DNA from: Batkoa obscura
Lineage: Eukaryota
Assembly (NCBI GenBank): GCA_030770535.1
Contig: JASVEC010000019.1
Coordinates: 186,001 to 250,000, forward strand
Reading direction: 5' to 3'
Length of the DNA: 64,000 nucleotides
The position numbers and the translations under genes are program-made. Under the pieces are notes generated by a model. The model ran no database searches. It had not been told where the DNA came from and saw nothing but the letters and a program-made list of their open reading frames with translations. Positions 1 through 12,419 of the stretch are shown here, piece after piece. Position 1 is the first letter of the stretch, and every line of letters begins with the position of its first letter.

Positions 1-701
1 AAATAATAAAGGGTGAGTTAAATAAAACTGATATTAAAGCTCATTTGTAAAATGCAGAAATAAAATAAAACAAAATAATTTGCTCTAATTCTAGTCATGT
101 AATATGCCCTTGTGATATTTGAATTACTTTTATATGTTGTGATATCTTGGTATTTTAGTTCATCAAACCTATTTTGATCCCTTTCAATATGCCAATTTTG
201 TTTATTTTCGATATTTTTATTAGTTAAAGCAATGAAACTATTATTTGATCTTTACAATGATACGTTTTTGCCAAAATTGATATAGAGATGTCCAAATTTG
301 TTTTAGAATTTGTTTAAAATTAATCTGAATTTTAGGCCTTTAAATTTACATTAATTTTAACTATTGATAATAACCCGGAGTTTATGATATTTTATAACAA
401 GGTAAAAAAAGTCATATTAAAATTTACTATTAATAATAATAAACTTAGATAAGTAATACATAAAACTAACATTTCAAAAGGAACAGGGAACAAAAATCAG
501 CAAGTAATATTATTGCCAACTATAGCTTTAGTATATTTTTTTGATAAATATAAAGGTTTTAGATTTAATATAAAAACCAATATGATTATTTAAAATAGTT
601 AATAATAATAAAATACTAACATCACAATTTATTACTAAAAATACAAAAAAACTAGAGATAAGCAAATTAAAGCATTATATAATACTTAATAAAACAATAT
701 A

Positions 702-801
702 TGGGAGTGTTTTTTTTAACTTCATTATCTTTTTCATTTTTAAGCACTATTTAAGCGGAAAAATTGTTATTAAAATTCTTAAACATAAAAATACATCCTC
801 A
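702..801 (+). mobile_element. ~100-bp MITE, family A
   Basis: TA-TGGGAGTGTTTT...AAATACATCCTCA-TA termini; internal TAAGCRCTATTTRAGCGGAAAA core shared with about 23 other copies in the window. Confidence 0.8.
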
Positions 802-1445
802 TATATTTCGATAACTTAGAAAGTAAAATAATAGCTGAATTAGTATATTTTAAATATAAAGTAAATATAGCAATAGAAAATAAAATAGTAATAAAAAATC
901 TTTTAATAAAAATAAACTATATCTATTTTATATTTATATTTAAAAAATAATAGGCAAAGTTTGTTTTGATCATTTATTTGAAATATTAAACTGTAATTTA
1001 GTATATACAACTATCAATTAATTTAACATTTAAAAAGCTTTGTTTAAAAAGTGTAAAAAATAAGAAAACTAAAAGGTTAGCCTCAGCTTTTTTTATAAAA
1101 CAACTGGAACCTTAAAAGTTTTAATATTAAGCAAACAAATAACTTATTAGATATTAGTATTACTTAAATTGTTATAATCAAGTTAATAAACAACTAAAAA
1201 TCAAACAGTTACAATAATAGATAAGGGTTATTATTACATTGTCTATATTATATAAAAATAATCAATTATAGCCTTGGAGTTAACTATTCTCTTTTATACA
1301 GCCATTTATTAATTTAGTAATATACTAATAATGTAATTATATCATTAAAGTAATTAATCTTTTGTTTATTTATAAAGTCAACGTTTAATAGTTGGAGTTA
1401 AAAGCAGTTTTTGCTTAATTAACTAGCTATAAATTAAAAAGCTTG

Positions 1446-1913
1446 TGTAAAATATCGCTTTTTCAGCTCTATGATCGATTATAATATAACAATTACTTAA
1501 GTCGTTATGTTCTTGAGTCCAGGTACAATCAATCCTGAGCCTTTTATTTTAATTTTATATGTGGAATTTATGTTACGTAAGTCCGAAGGATATTATCTTC
1601 CATTTTGATATCCATACTTATTGTAGTATAAAAGGGATTCTTCAGCATAATGTAGCTCGAAGCTTCTTAATTAAATTATTCACTGATACCCCGTACCTTT
1701 AATAAAGTCATTGAACCTTTCTGATAGTATTTTAGGTAGATTTTACATTAGTATTATCTATTATATTTGTCTCACATAGTCGATAGCCTACTATATGATA
1801 TTCCTCATAGTTCAAGTCTATCTTAGTTATAGAAAGTAAGGCCTTTCAACTTGCGACTAGTTAATCAAGCAAAAAGTATCTTTAGCTCTAGCCACTGAGT
1901 ATCAGACTTCACA
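1446..1913 (+). mobile_element. Degenerate solo LTR related to the Ty3/gypsy LTR (opposite orientation), preceded by an LTR fragment at ~1392-1443
   Basis: Starts TGTAAAATATCGCTTT and ends AGTATCAGACTTCACA, matching the reverse complement of the LTR ends at 41228/41627 and 40341/40802; no clear TSD. Confidence 0.75.
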
Positions 1914-3025
1914 ACAGTTATTAATTTTATTGTTTTTTGATAAAAATTTTAATTAACTTTTATTTTTAAAATAAAATAAAGTGATGAAATTATAAAAAAT
2001 ATCTCTACATATTATAAATATTTGTTATAATATTAAAATATACAAGTCATAACGATATCAATATTATATAATAAAGAAAAAAATATTATAAACAATCACT
2101 TGGGAATTAGAACCTTTAACCTTATAATAAAGTTTAGTAACAAAAATTAGTTTATTTAAAATTTGAATTAAGCTTTTAAACTAATCTATTTATTCACTAG
2201 TTTTATTTGTTTTTTGACTTTGTAGTTACTGATAAATTTCTTAGTTCATATTAACAAATCACATCGTTTTTATCTAATTAAATAAAACTAGATTTTGCCT
2301 TTCAAAAAAAATAAAAATACTGAAATGAATCCAAGTATTTTTATGATATTATAATATTATAAAACTGACGAAAAAGTATGAATTGATAATATAATCATAA
2401 ATTAATATGCTAAAGCATTATTAAATAAATAAATATCATTGTATTGAAAATTCTTTAATTAAGGGACCATTATTCGTTTATTTATAGAACAACTATTACA
2501 TTATATGTATGCTTAATTCCATATAACGTAATAAGACATACTATAGTTTAATAGTAATTATTTTACTTTTGTATATACTGGTTTTAATGTAATATATTCA
2601 ATATAAAAAGAAAGGAATAGCTTCTTTAAAATAAAGTGCTCAAAGTGAACCTTTAAATGTATTACTACAAAGATAATAGGTTTAGCAATAAATTATGTTT
2701 TCTCAAACATCTGTTCTTGATGGATTTAGGTTTTTGTCACTACTGATAGCAAGTTTAAATGAGTTAAATTTGGCATTTTACTTTTTTTTAAAATTATAAA
2801 ATCATAACCACAGGATAAGAAGCATTTGATTGGCCATAACATCAAAATGATTCGCTAATTCTAAATAAAGTTAATTAAATGAAGAATTTTTAAGAAGGGA
2901 GGGGAGAGCGGAACCCACAGCAATTAATTTTCATTAAAAAGCGGATATTGGTATTCTACAGTATATATAAAGCTTCTTCAAATATTTTGTTGAAACTAAC
3001 TTTTTTAATTTATAATTAATTTGAC

Positions 3026-4093
3026 ATGAAATTCAATATTTTATTACCGATCGTTTCCTTGATAGTTCAGGTAACTGCTCATAGTAATATGCTTACTCCA
3101 GCACCAAGAGGAAATATTCAATGGTGGGGATATTGTTCAAGAGGTAACGGATGTAATGGAGCTTGTGATGCACCAAAAGCAGCCTCACCTTTTAATTCTA
3201 TTTTTAATAAGAAGACCTATGTAAAGCGTGGAGAAACTATCCCAGTTGAATGGCTTAGACAAAACCACCCTGGAGGTTTTGTTAGAATATCGTTTACAAC
3301 CATGGATAAATCAGATGAGCATAGTTCTTTTGACGAAGGAACAGTAAAATATATTTGTTATGAAACCAACTGCAAAGAAGATCATCATGACCCAATGTTA
3401 GGTGAATTAAATGGCCCTGGATTCAAAAAATGTAGTAGCAACGTAAAAATACCTAATAATTTACCTGACGGTCCAGTCACTTTACAATGGACTTGGTTTG
3501 GTGGGGGTGTATTGTTCGCTGATCAAAAAGCTTCTTTTGCTAATTATATTTCATGCTCTGATATGATGGTCAAAGGAGGAGAACCTTTAGTTTCTGAAAA
3601 AAGTAAACCAGAATTCCAAGGTGGTGATGCTGCTTACAAAGGAGCTGATAAATGTCGTTATTGGTCAACTAACTCTGTTTTCGGTTGCCCATTAGGTGCT
3701 GAAGATAATAACAAGAATGGTTGTGGCTATGGTGATGCTAAATTTGGTGCACCTGCTGAATGGGAAAAAGGTAATGGACAGGCTGTGCCTTCAACTACCT
3801 CAACTCCTATTACAACTACTACAAATAGTGTCTCATCATCAGAACCAGCTGTAACTTCACCACAGACCTCCGTTTCTCAAAGCGCTGCCGACTCTACTAC
3901 TACCTCAAATGTACCTGATACTTCCAATCCTAAACCAACGACATCACAAATCTCAACTGGTACTAAAGATATTTCCCCTACTGAAGAGCCAAAATATCCA
4001 GTAGCACCATCCGATCCTATTGTTACCAAAGAAATCATTGGTCAAGGTCAAGGAAAATTAGTAACTCCTAAAAAGAAGTGCAAAAACCATTAA
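3026..4093 (+). CDS. Secreted histidine-brace lytic polysaccharide monooxygenase-like protein with Ser/Thr/Pro-rich C-terminal tail
   Basis: Signal peptide ending VTA, then His1 (HSNMLTPAPR), second His (NHPGGFVR), TLQWTW and NYISCSD motifs, many Cys; TATATAAA at ~2963. Confidence 0.75.
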   Translation: MKFNILLPIVSLIVQVTAHSNMLTPAPRGNIQWWGYCSRGNGCNGACDAPKAASPFNSIFNKKTYVKRGETIPVEWLRQNHPGGFVRISFTTMDKSDEHSSFDEGTVKYICYETNCKEDHHDPMLGELNGPGFKKCSSNVKIPNNLPDGPVTLQWTWFGGGVLFADQKASFANYISCSDMMVKGGEPLVSEKSKPEFQGGDAAYKGADKCRYWSTNSVFGCPLGAEDNNKNGCGYGDAKFGAPAEWEKGNGQAVPSTTSTPITTTTNSVSSSEPAVTSPQTSVSQSAADSTTTSNVPDTSNPKPTTSQISTGTKDISPTEEPKYPVAPSDPIVTKEIIGQGQGKLVTPKKKCKNH

Positions 4094-4252
4094 ATCTCTA
4101 GCTTATTAAAAATAAATAGTATATATGTTATAGCATTTGACTTTTATAACTTTAAAATATAGTGAATTAATAGTTTAAAAAATTATTTTATCGCTTTAAA
4201 AAATCATATAAAAAATTAAGGTTAAAATATTTTTATTAATAAGTACTAGTAA

Positions 4253-4334
4253 GGCACCTTGGCGGAGTGGTTAACGCGGAGCCCTGCTAAGGCTTTTCCC
4301 TTTGGGAGCGCAGGTTCGAATCCTGTGGGTGTCG
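4253..4334 (+). tRNA. tRNA-Ser(GCT)
   Basis: Acceptor GGCACCT/GGGTGTC, anticodon arm GAGCC-CTGCTAA-GGCTT, long variable arm, GGTTCGAATCC T-loop. Confidence 0.96.
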
Positions 4335-4566
4335 ACTTTGTTCCCAACTTGGGAACTCAAAGATTTCGGTAAATTCATACTGTCGAAATCTACAAAATAG
4401 TGTTGAGTGTTTTTTTTGAGAATTATTAACTTTCTATTAGATAAAAAGTGGGTGAAATAAAATAGACTACTGTAAGGGTTCTCATTATTTTTAATAAATT
4501 AGTACTTTTGAATTCTTTTATCATGGAATAAAATTCTAAATGTTTATTGCACAATTTTTAACTATA

Positions 4567-4667
4567 TGGGGATGTATTTTTGTGTTTAAGAGCTTTACTA
4601 ATAATTTTTCCACTCAATTAGCACTTAAAGGATGGAAAAAGTAATGAAGCCAAAAAAAACATCTCCA
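4567..4667 (-). mobile_element. MITE family A
   Basis: TA-TGGGGATGTATTTTTG...AAACATCTCCA-TA; reverse copy. Confidence 0.8.
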
Positions 4668-5903
4668 TATTCTATTACAATTCCTTGAATCCTCCATTTG
4701 ATTACATAGTTCAAGTAAACATTCCTTTAGGTACATATCTATGAAAAAAAGTAACGTACAATAAAAATTAACCTTGTATAGTTTGGGTCTAAACTAACCA
4801 TCTATAAAAAACATACAGTATTAAAATATAAATAACACTCGCTAAATAGACCAAGATGTCTATTTTTAAACTTAGCTTTTTTAGTGAGAGTAGTTATGTA
4901 TGAATAAATTGAGGGAAGAATAAGGAAAGTCTTCTTAAAATTAGATTAAAAATATATTAGCGAAGTCTTGGCTTTTATAATAGGGTATCAAAATATAACC
5001 ACAATAGTATTATAATGACTTTTAGAAGCTTAAGCTAGTTTAACCGATATATAAACAAAGTTGATCAAATGGGACACTAACATTTATAATTAATGATTTT
5101 AAGTGGGTTGCTTTATGGTAATAATAATTCCATTTATAAAAAATCCTATAATGGTATAGCTTTAAATTACTTTCAATATATTATCTTTTCAATTAAGTAA
5201 TATATTGGAATAAACTTAGTATACCATTTAGAAAAAAAGTAATCAAGTTAATTCCCCTTTTAGCTGTAATAAATTAAAATTATTTAATTTTTTTCAAATC
5301 CTGAAGGAGAAAAACTCCCAAGGGGTTTATTATTGGAGATATGAAAACGTATAAAAAACCAAATGATAAGGGTTATGGATGAGAGCGGGGGGAAAGGTGA
5401 GTAAGATAGTGAGCTATGTAAACGCTGGGAATTTATCCAATTCGCTCTCACTTGCCTTATATTAAATAGGGCGAACTTCATAGATTCAAACTCTATCTTG
5501 TCAGTACTACCCAAATAATTTTAAAACTTTGGATAAGGAATTTATATTGCCATTTATTTTGACCAAAAATGTTATATTTATAATTAAGTCAAACACTCTC
5601 TTAATAATTATTAATAAAATACATTTATTTGTCAACATGTATATAAAAACTTAATAGAAACAAAACCTACTAATAAAATGTTGATTTACTCATAGTTTTG
5701 AAAATGATAAAAAAAGGGTTAAAAATAAGTAATAGAATGCTAAGATTTTATTAGTTTTATTAGTTTTATTAGTTTTATTAATTTAATGGTAAGTCTTCAT
5801 AATAAAGATATAGAATAATATATACCCAAGTATAGGCTTAAGTAATGAGAAAGGGATGAATAGTGATAGCTTTCAAATCAAAGCCAATGAAATGCCTTTG
5901 ACT

Positions 5904-6068
5904 TTATGGGTATGTTTCTCCAGTAAAATCTGGAGGTAGGATAGGGACTACTGGTGTAGGTTTAGTTGAATCAATAGTAACTAATGCAACTGCTTTCGTT
6001 GGTAAATTTGAAGATAGTACAGAAACTATTAGGGTCAATGCAAAGAAATATAATAATGTAAACTTCAT
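5904..6068 (-). CDS. 54-aa secreted micropeptide (PTPVV...TYP family)
   Basis: MKFTLLYFFALTLIVSVLSSNLPTKAVALVTIDSTKPTPVVPILPPDFTGETYP*; signal peptide, AAAATG context, TATA ~45 nt upstream, paralog at 8540-8710. Confidence 0.75.
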   Translation of the reverse strand: MKFTLLYFFALTLIVSVLSSNLPTKAVALVTIDSTKPTPVVPILPPDFTGETYP

Positions 6069-8539
6069 TTTTATTTATTTTAATATTTAACACCTCTCAA
6101 TATTGAACTATTTATATCTTTTATCTTAGAGTAATACTCCAAGTAATGTTTTTGAGATAAACATAACTTTAAGGAATGTTAAATTTGATTTTATTATTAT
6201 TTGTTATGACATAAACAGGATTATTTCCAGTATCTGGAATATGGATTCGAAGAAAAATATTTTGATATCCTTTTCAAGCTAATGATAAATATAGTATTTC
6301 AAAAATTTATTTATTCAATTACTTAATTCGAAAATATTTTATTCGTTTAGAGTTTCAAACCATAAACTGAATTTTTTCATAGCTTCATATACTAAGTTAT
6401 TTGTAAATTAATACATTAATTTAATATTATTTTGGTTTTAAGCCTAATTTTACAAGGCATTTATTGATTAATATACCCCTTTTGGTTTTATTTTATAGTT
6501 AATTTATAGATCAAAAAAAGCAGTAATAGGCTTGGGTCCACAACACTTTTACTTTTAAGGTTTTTATAAATCAAACAGTATCATGTAAAACCAGGTTTAA
6601 ATTGAGATCATAGATAGAATGTTGAATTTTCAAAACCGAATAATAGAATTTTTATAAACTCGCTAATACCATCAAAAACGTGACTTTTGTCTTAAGCTTT
6701 GGGTCATAAAACTGATTGTTATTTGGTATGGTAACATTGTTTTATCAGTTTTGAATGCATACTTTAAATTTATTTACTTTCTTATTCTATAATGTTAATG
6801 TAATTAACATTATACTTTTAACATATAAAGAAGTAGCTACTGCTTTCATTTACGTAATTAGGGGTACTTATTGAAAATAAAAAACTTGTCGATTTTGAAA
6901 TAATATACAATTAAATTCAATTAAAAATAAAGGTTTATTATATTTAAAACCATAATCAATGTAGCATATCAAATAATTGACGTTTTGAGCCATATTTGTA
7001 TAATTCAAACATTAAGGTCTCAAACTTGATAAAATTTGATAAAATTTAATTTATTATATATAATAGATAACCTATATATATTGTATATGGTTCAAAGAAC
7101 TTAATGAGAGTCATATATATTAAAGCGATATTAATGTATTTATGCTACTAAGCTATTGGTTATGATGATAGAATGTAAAGTTTTATTATGAGATAAGTTT
7201 ATAAGATTTATTGATTCAACTACAAGTAAAAGTTGATATAAAATATATGATTTTGAGTGTAATGAAGTAACGAAATTCCTTTTAGAAAAGAAACCAAGCA
7301 AAATGGTTGGTATAATGCTCAGAATAAGAATGATACTATGACCAAGTATAAATATACAATGTTATCTAGACATTTTTTAATTAGCTATATAAGTTAAGCC
7401 TAGTTTATGTATTTATGTTCTATAACGATATAATTTATAGATATTAGAATTTCTATCTCAAAAAAATAAATCTCGCCCCTTATTTCAGTAACATATTTTT
7501 GGAATTTTTGGAATTTTTGGAATATTTTTGTAAGACCTTATAATATTAAATCATTGATTTGAGTACTTGATTATCATTTTATTAATCAAAATAAATTCAA
7601 TTGAAGTATCCCTAGACATCCACAGGTGGCTATTACCATTATTAAAGGGTACATGAAATTGGTAAGTATGTAAAATAAAATAAGATGAACCTCATGTTAG
7701 CTTATTTATTATCTAAATAAGAGTAAAGCGAAAAAATGGAGTTTAACCTGAATTATTTCAGCATGTTTATTATTTAATTATCATATATCTTTATGTACAA
7801 TATTACAATCTTCTCAGTTTTTTTACTTCTGCTTTTTGCAAAAGTCCTTTCTAGCTACCTTTAGATAAATGTATCAACGCTATTAAATAAATTAAAATGC
7901 AAGTAAAGTGACCAATTTATATAAAATAATACAACAGTTTATTATAATTATAATTTAAGGGTCATATTAAAACTTTATAATTATTTATTTTTTAAGTGCC
8001 ATATGATTTATCAAATGATCATAATACTAAAAAAGGTAAGAGGAAATTTATTAATTTTACTGCTTATTATCTTTGTTAAAAAATATCTAAATATCCAATA
8101 TTTACATTTATTTCTGCTTACTTATGATGGCGTTATTTATTTCAACGCCACTATTTAATATCATAGTAACATTTATATAGCATCAGTAAAAAGAATATGA
8201 ATTTTAGACTCAGATTATGTATTTGGTAAACTATAATAGAGTCACAAGTATTATTGAAAAGTGTTAATGAATGAAATTTTTTAATAAATCCAACAAAACC
8301 ATTTTATTGATAAGTTTACAATTTACGAACTAAAACTATTGATCAAAAGCTCCTTAAAGAATTAAATATTAATAAAGCGTATAAAACTTTAATGTGCACA
8401 ATAAAAACAGATCAATTAAAATATTGAATAATTTTATTTAATAACAAGACTTATAAACTTTTTGAAATAGGATTATAGTGTAAATATTGATATATGAGAA
8501 GTTGTAATAATTGAAACAAATGAAAAGGACAAAAATCGA

Positions 8540-8710
8540 TTAAGGGTAGGTATCAATATCAGTAGTTACTACTTTAACTTCAACAACTGGAGTAGGACCT
8601 GAATTACCATCTTCAACTGGATGGGCTGCCCCGGTTGGTTTAGAATAACCATAAGTTTTGGTAGAGAGAGTAGTAAGGATAATCAAGGAAGTATAAATCA
8701 AAAATTTCAT
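8540..8710 (-). CDS. 56-aa secreted micropeptide (PTPVV...TYP family)
   Basis: MKFLIYTSLIILTTLSTKTYGYSKPTGAAHPVEDGNSGPTPVVEVKVVTTDIDTYP*; signal peptide, AAAATG context, TATATAAA ~50 nt upstream. Confidence 0.75.
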   Translation of the reverse strand: MKFLIYTSLIILTTLSTKTYGYSKPTGAAHPVEDGNSGPTPVVEVKVVTTDIDTYP

Positions 8711-9495
8711 TTTTATGAGGATTGTATTTGTATTAAAGATATAAGACTTTATCGTTCTTTATATACCTTTCCATTTAGTATAAGAATAAAAACTATAATA
8801 TTAAAGAAATTAGATAATAATAAATGCGAAAAAAAACTCAATATCAAAGTAAGAATAGAATTAATAAAATTAAGGTTATAGCTTATAGATAAAGTATTAC
8901 AACTTCAACATAAAGAAAGTAATTCATAACATACCAAAAGAACTATCAATAGTTGTTTTAAAGCGAAAAGCTTTACAAATTCTTATGTTATAAACTGGTT
9001 TCTATTTTATTAATAATTTATTATCGCCTTTTTTTATTAATAACAATTAACTATTAGAAACTTACTTATTTTAATTGTCTATAATCATATTAAAATTACC
9101 ATACCATAAATGGATGGCATTTCCTTAATTTATCTAAGTGAATTTTTTTAGTCACTACAAACGTGAGTAGAAAGTGGGCGTTTCCAAGCCTACATCAATT
9201 TTTATTTTATAAATAAAACGAAACTTTACCATACATTGTATTTTACATGATTTTAAACAATTTAAGACTTCAACACGTTTTCTTAATGTATAAAATCTAG
9301 AAGTTACTCTAAAAGGAAGCAAAAAGCCTTAACATTATATTAACATTATCTATCTTTCAGAAAAAGTGCGTATGAAATAATGTTTATCACCTTAGTAATA
9401 GGAGAGTGGAAAAGGCAAGGCCACGATGTGTTATGATTAAATTCTTATTAATTATTAAAACTTAATTAAAAACAAAATATCGTGGCTACAAAATT

Positions 9496-9960
9496 ATATG
9501 ATTCACAGTTCTAAACTTCTAAAGAAAAATTTAAAGTTTATATTTATATTTTTTGTATTTTTTATAAATAGAATAATCCCTATCAGGTATTATGGTAAAC
9601 GTCATAAACTAATCGCTATATTTAAGTAAATTGAATTGTTTATCCAAAGGTATGATAAAATCAAATAATTTGAGGTTTATTATAGTGTCTAATGGAGATT
9701 ATTAGATTAACAGGATAGTATAATATAATATAAAAGTATGATTATAAAGATATATGGTTCACAGTTTCTAACTCTTGAAAAAAATACAATTTTTTTATCA
9801 ATTTTTTTACTTTTATTTTATAAGCAGAATAAACCTTATCAGTAATTATTGCTAGTGTCACAAACTAATCACTTTACTTAAATAAATTAAAGTATCTATA
9901 TAAATGGTATAACAAAATTGAGTATAACATGACAGTCACTTTAGTGTCTGATAGGGTTTG
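9496..9960. repeat. Diverged tandem duplication (~255-bp period)
   Basis: TATATGRTTCACAGTT...AGAATAA..CCTATCAG...AAACTAATC...TAGTGTCT blocks recur at ~9496 and ~9751. Confidence 0.65.
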
Positions 9961-10064
9961 TTCTATATAAAATAAAATTAAAAAATTTAATACAACATCA
10001 TGATTACGAATCTATATAATTCCAATTTTAAATCTTGAAAGAGTCTAAAGTTTATATTAGTTAC

Positions 10065-10150
10065 TTTTATTTTATTTTATTTTATTTTATTTTATTTTAT
10101 TTTATTTTATTTTATTTTATTTTTATTTTTATTTTTATTTTATTTTATTT
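10065..10150. repeat. (TTTTA)n microsatellite
   Basis: Direct reading. Confidence 0.95.
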
Positions 10151-10890
10151 TCAAAATGTGGTAACTTCCATCAGACACTGTAATAACCATTACAATATAA
10201 GCAAGTTTATTGGCCATTTATATAAATATTTTGATTTATTTAAACAGGTTAATTCATTTTGATAAGATTGGTTTTTAAAGATTAAGATAGATTATAACAA
10301 AGCAGCCCTGTCACGATTGATGTCCCTAGGGCAGTACCCGCCTTTTCATTGAGACCCCCGCTATTAATTATATTTCACTTATTTAGATCTTTCATGTATT
10401 TTTATATATTTTACAGTGTAGAATCTTTAGTTTGATCCCTTTATTAAAATTATTTTATTTAATATCGCTTATTCAAAATAGCTTGTATATATATATATTC
10501 TTGTGCATTTAAAAATCACTTTCAATATACTCAAAAATTATCGCGAAGGTTTATTATTATTTTCAAGACTTTTTAATTATTTATCTATTTATTGTTTTTA
10601 GTATTATCTATTGATATTTATAAATAACATATAAAAGATTAAAAAAGAAATAAGATAACATAAATATCCTAAAGCTGAATCATATGTACAGGCTGATTCA
10701 CTGTAAGTATTGTGTAATACTAAGTTGGTGTTTCTAAAAAAATAAAGTTATTAATAAAATTAGAAACTTTTTTCTATTATTCCATCCTACTTTTATAAAC
10801 TTTATTACCTAGCATTAATTATTTGATGTAAACAATAGCAATCAAAAATTTTATGAATATATACTAATTTAAATTTAAATTAAACAGAAG

Positions 10891-10974
10891 CTCACCTTAG
10901 CTCAGTTGGAAGAGCGATGGACTGTAAATCAAATAGCAATCCATCGGTCCCTGGTTCGATCCCGGGAGGTGAGA
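10891..10974 (+). tRNA. tRNA-Tyr(GTA) with 11-nt intron (10928-10938)
   Basis: Acceptor CTCACCT/AGGTGAG, anticodon stem ATGGA/TCCAT, CTGTAA then an intron at the canonical 37/38 position, GGTTCGATCCC; spliced length 73 nt. Confidence 0.96.
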
Positions 10975-11681
10975 GTATCCCCTACTTGATAGGAAATGTT
11001 CAAATTGGTTTAATTTTTTTGTTATAATTTATATTGTAAGTTGATTGCTTTATAGCTACCATTGTAAATTTGTCATTAAATATATAATTTTAATGTTATA
11101 ACTATATATTACTAGGCTAACTACTCGTTTTTATCCATCTATCTGTTAATTATTTTTATATAACATAAGTAATATAATAATAGCTTTTATTCATTTTTAT
11201 AACTGATTGATTGCTTTTCAATCATTTACCAATCTGGTTACTAACAATTTTTTTGCTCAAATAGTGCTTAAAAGATAGAAAAAGTGATGAAGTCAAAAAA
11301 ACACCTCAGATAACAGTATGATTTATTATTATATTTAACAAAACAAAAATACTTTTTAATACTTTATATTATTATTGTTTTTATATTTCTGTTTTTTATT
11401 ACGTTCATGAATAAAAATCTTAAATTTTGAAATTAATTAATTAATATTTTCTATTTTATCTGATGTTTTAAAACTATTATTTTATTGTGAAGATTTTTAA
11501 AACATTATCGATTATATTTTTATAGTACTTACCAAAAGAACCAAAGTTATTATTTAAATTATTATTTGTTAATTTTTGTAAACTTTTTGAGTAAAAGCTT
11601 TAAGTATTTTGTAACTTAATATTTCAGACAAATAATCAAACTAAACTTTGCTTATTATTTTATTATTTTTTAAATACAAAA

Positions 11682-11778
11682 TGGGGGATGTTTTTTTTAG
11701 TTTCATTACTTTCCTACTTTTTAAGCCCTATTTGAGCGGAAAATGTGAAATATCGCTGTCAGCCCCATGGTTAATTAT
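11682..11778 (+). mobile_element. Truncated MITE A (11682-11743) joined to an LTR-end fragment (11744-11778)
   Basis: MITE sequence breaks at GAGCGGAAAA and continues TGTGAAATATCGCTGTCAGCCCCATGGTTAATTAT, matching the reverse complement of the LTR end at ~41592-41627. Confidence 0.65.
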
Positions 11779-11979
11779 AGCATAATAATCTAAATTTATT
11801 AAATCTAGTCTTATTTTTATTATTGTATTTCATTTAAAATTTAAAATCAAAATTTATTTTTTATTATTTATTTTTTGTTACTGTGTTTATATTTTTAGAT
11901 TATTTTTTTTAAATTATGTATTAGGCACATATATTATATAAATCTGTTTTTTTTGCTGTATTTTCTAAATTTAATCATA

Positions 11980-12079
11980 TGAGAGTGTTTTTTTTGACTT
12001 CATTATTTTTTCCATTTTCAAACGCTATTTAAACAGAAAAATTGTCAGTAAAATTCTTAAACACAAAAATACATCCTCA
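11980..12079 (+). mobile_element. MITE family A
   Basis: TA-TGAGAGTGTTTT...ATACATCCTCA-TA. Confidence 0.8.
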
Positions 12080-12419
12080 TATATTAAAGACCTATAAATT
12101 TAAAAACTTAAAATTTAGATCAACTTTTAAGAAAATTATGAAATCAATTAGAGCATCCCCATATCTTTTTTATATGATCCGATTCAGTAGAACTCAATAT
12201 AAATTTTCGTTTTGAATAAATGATCAGATAATGAATTTTATTATCATAAATTTACTAGTTTAATATTTAGCTATTCTAGCCAAGATGACGCTTTCAACCT
12301 ATTGTCAACTTAAATTTAGTATAGCCAATCAATCCTTTTTTCAACTATTGAAAAAATAGATAATTCTAAATTCTAAGCTTCTATTAACTTTAAGCAAGCT
12401 TTCAAGAAAATATAAAAGG

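Noticed and set aside
2095..2130. B-box-like GGTTCTAATTCC on the minus strand
   Set aside because: No T-stem or cloverleaf pairing
8621..8881. 86-aa plus-strand ORF
   Set aside because: Antisense to the better supported secreted micropeptide and its promoter; no motifs
10035..10262. 75-aa ORF with ILFYF repeats
   Set aside because: Translation of the (TTTTA)n microsatellite
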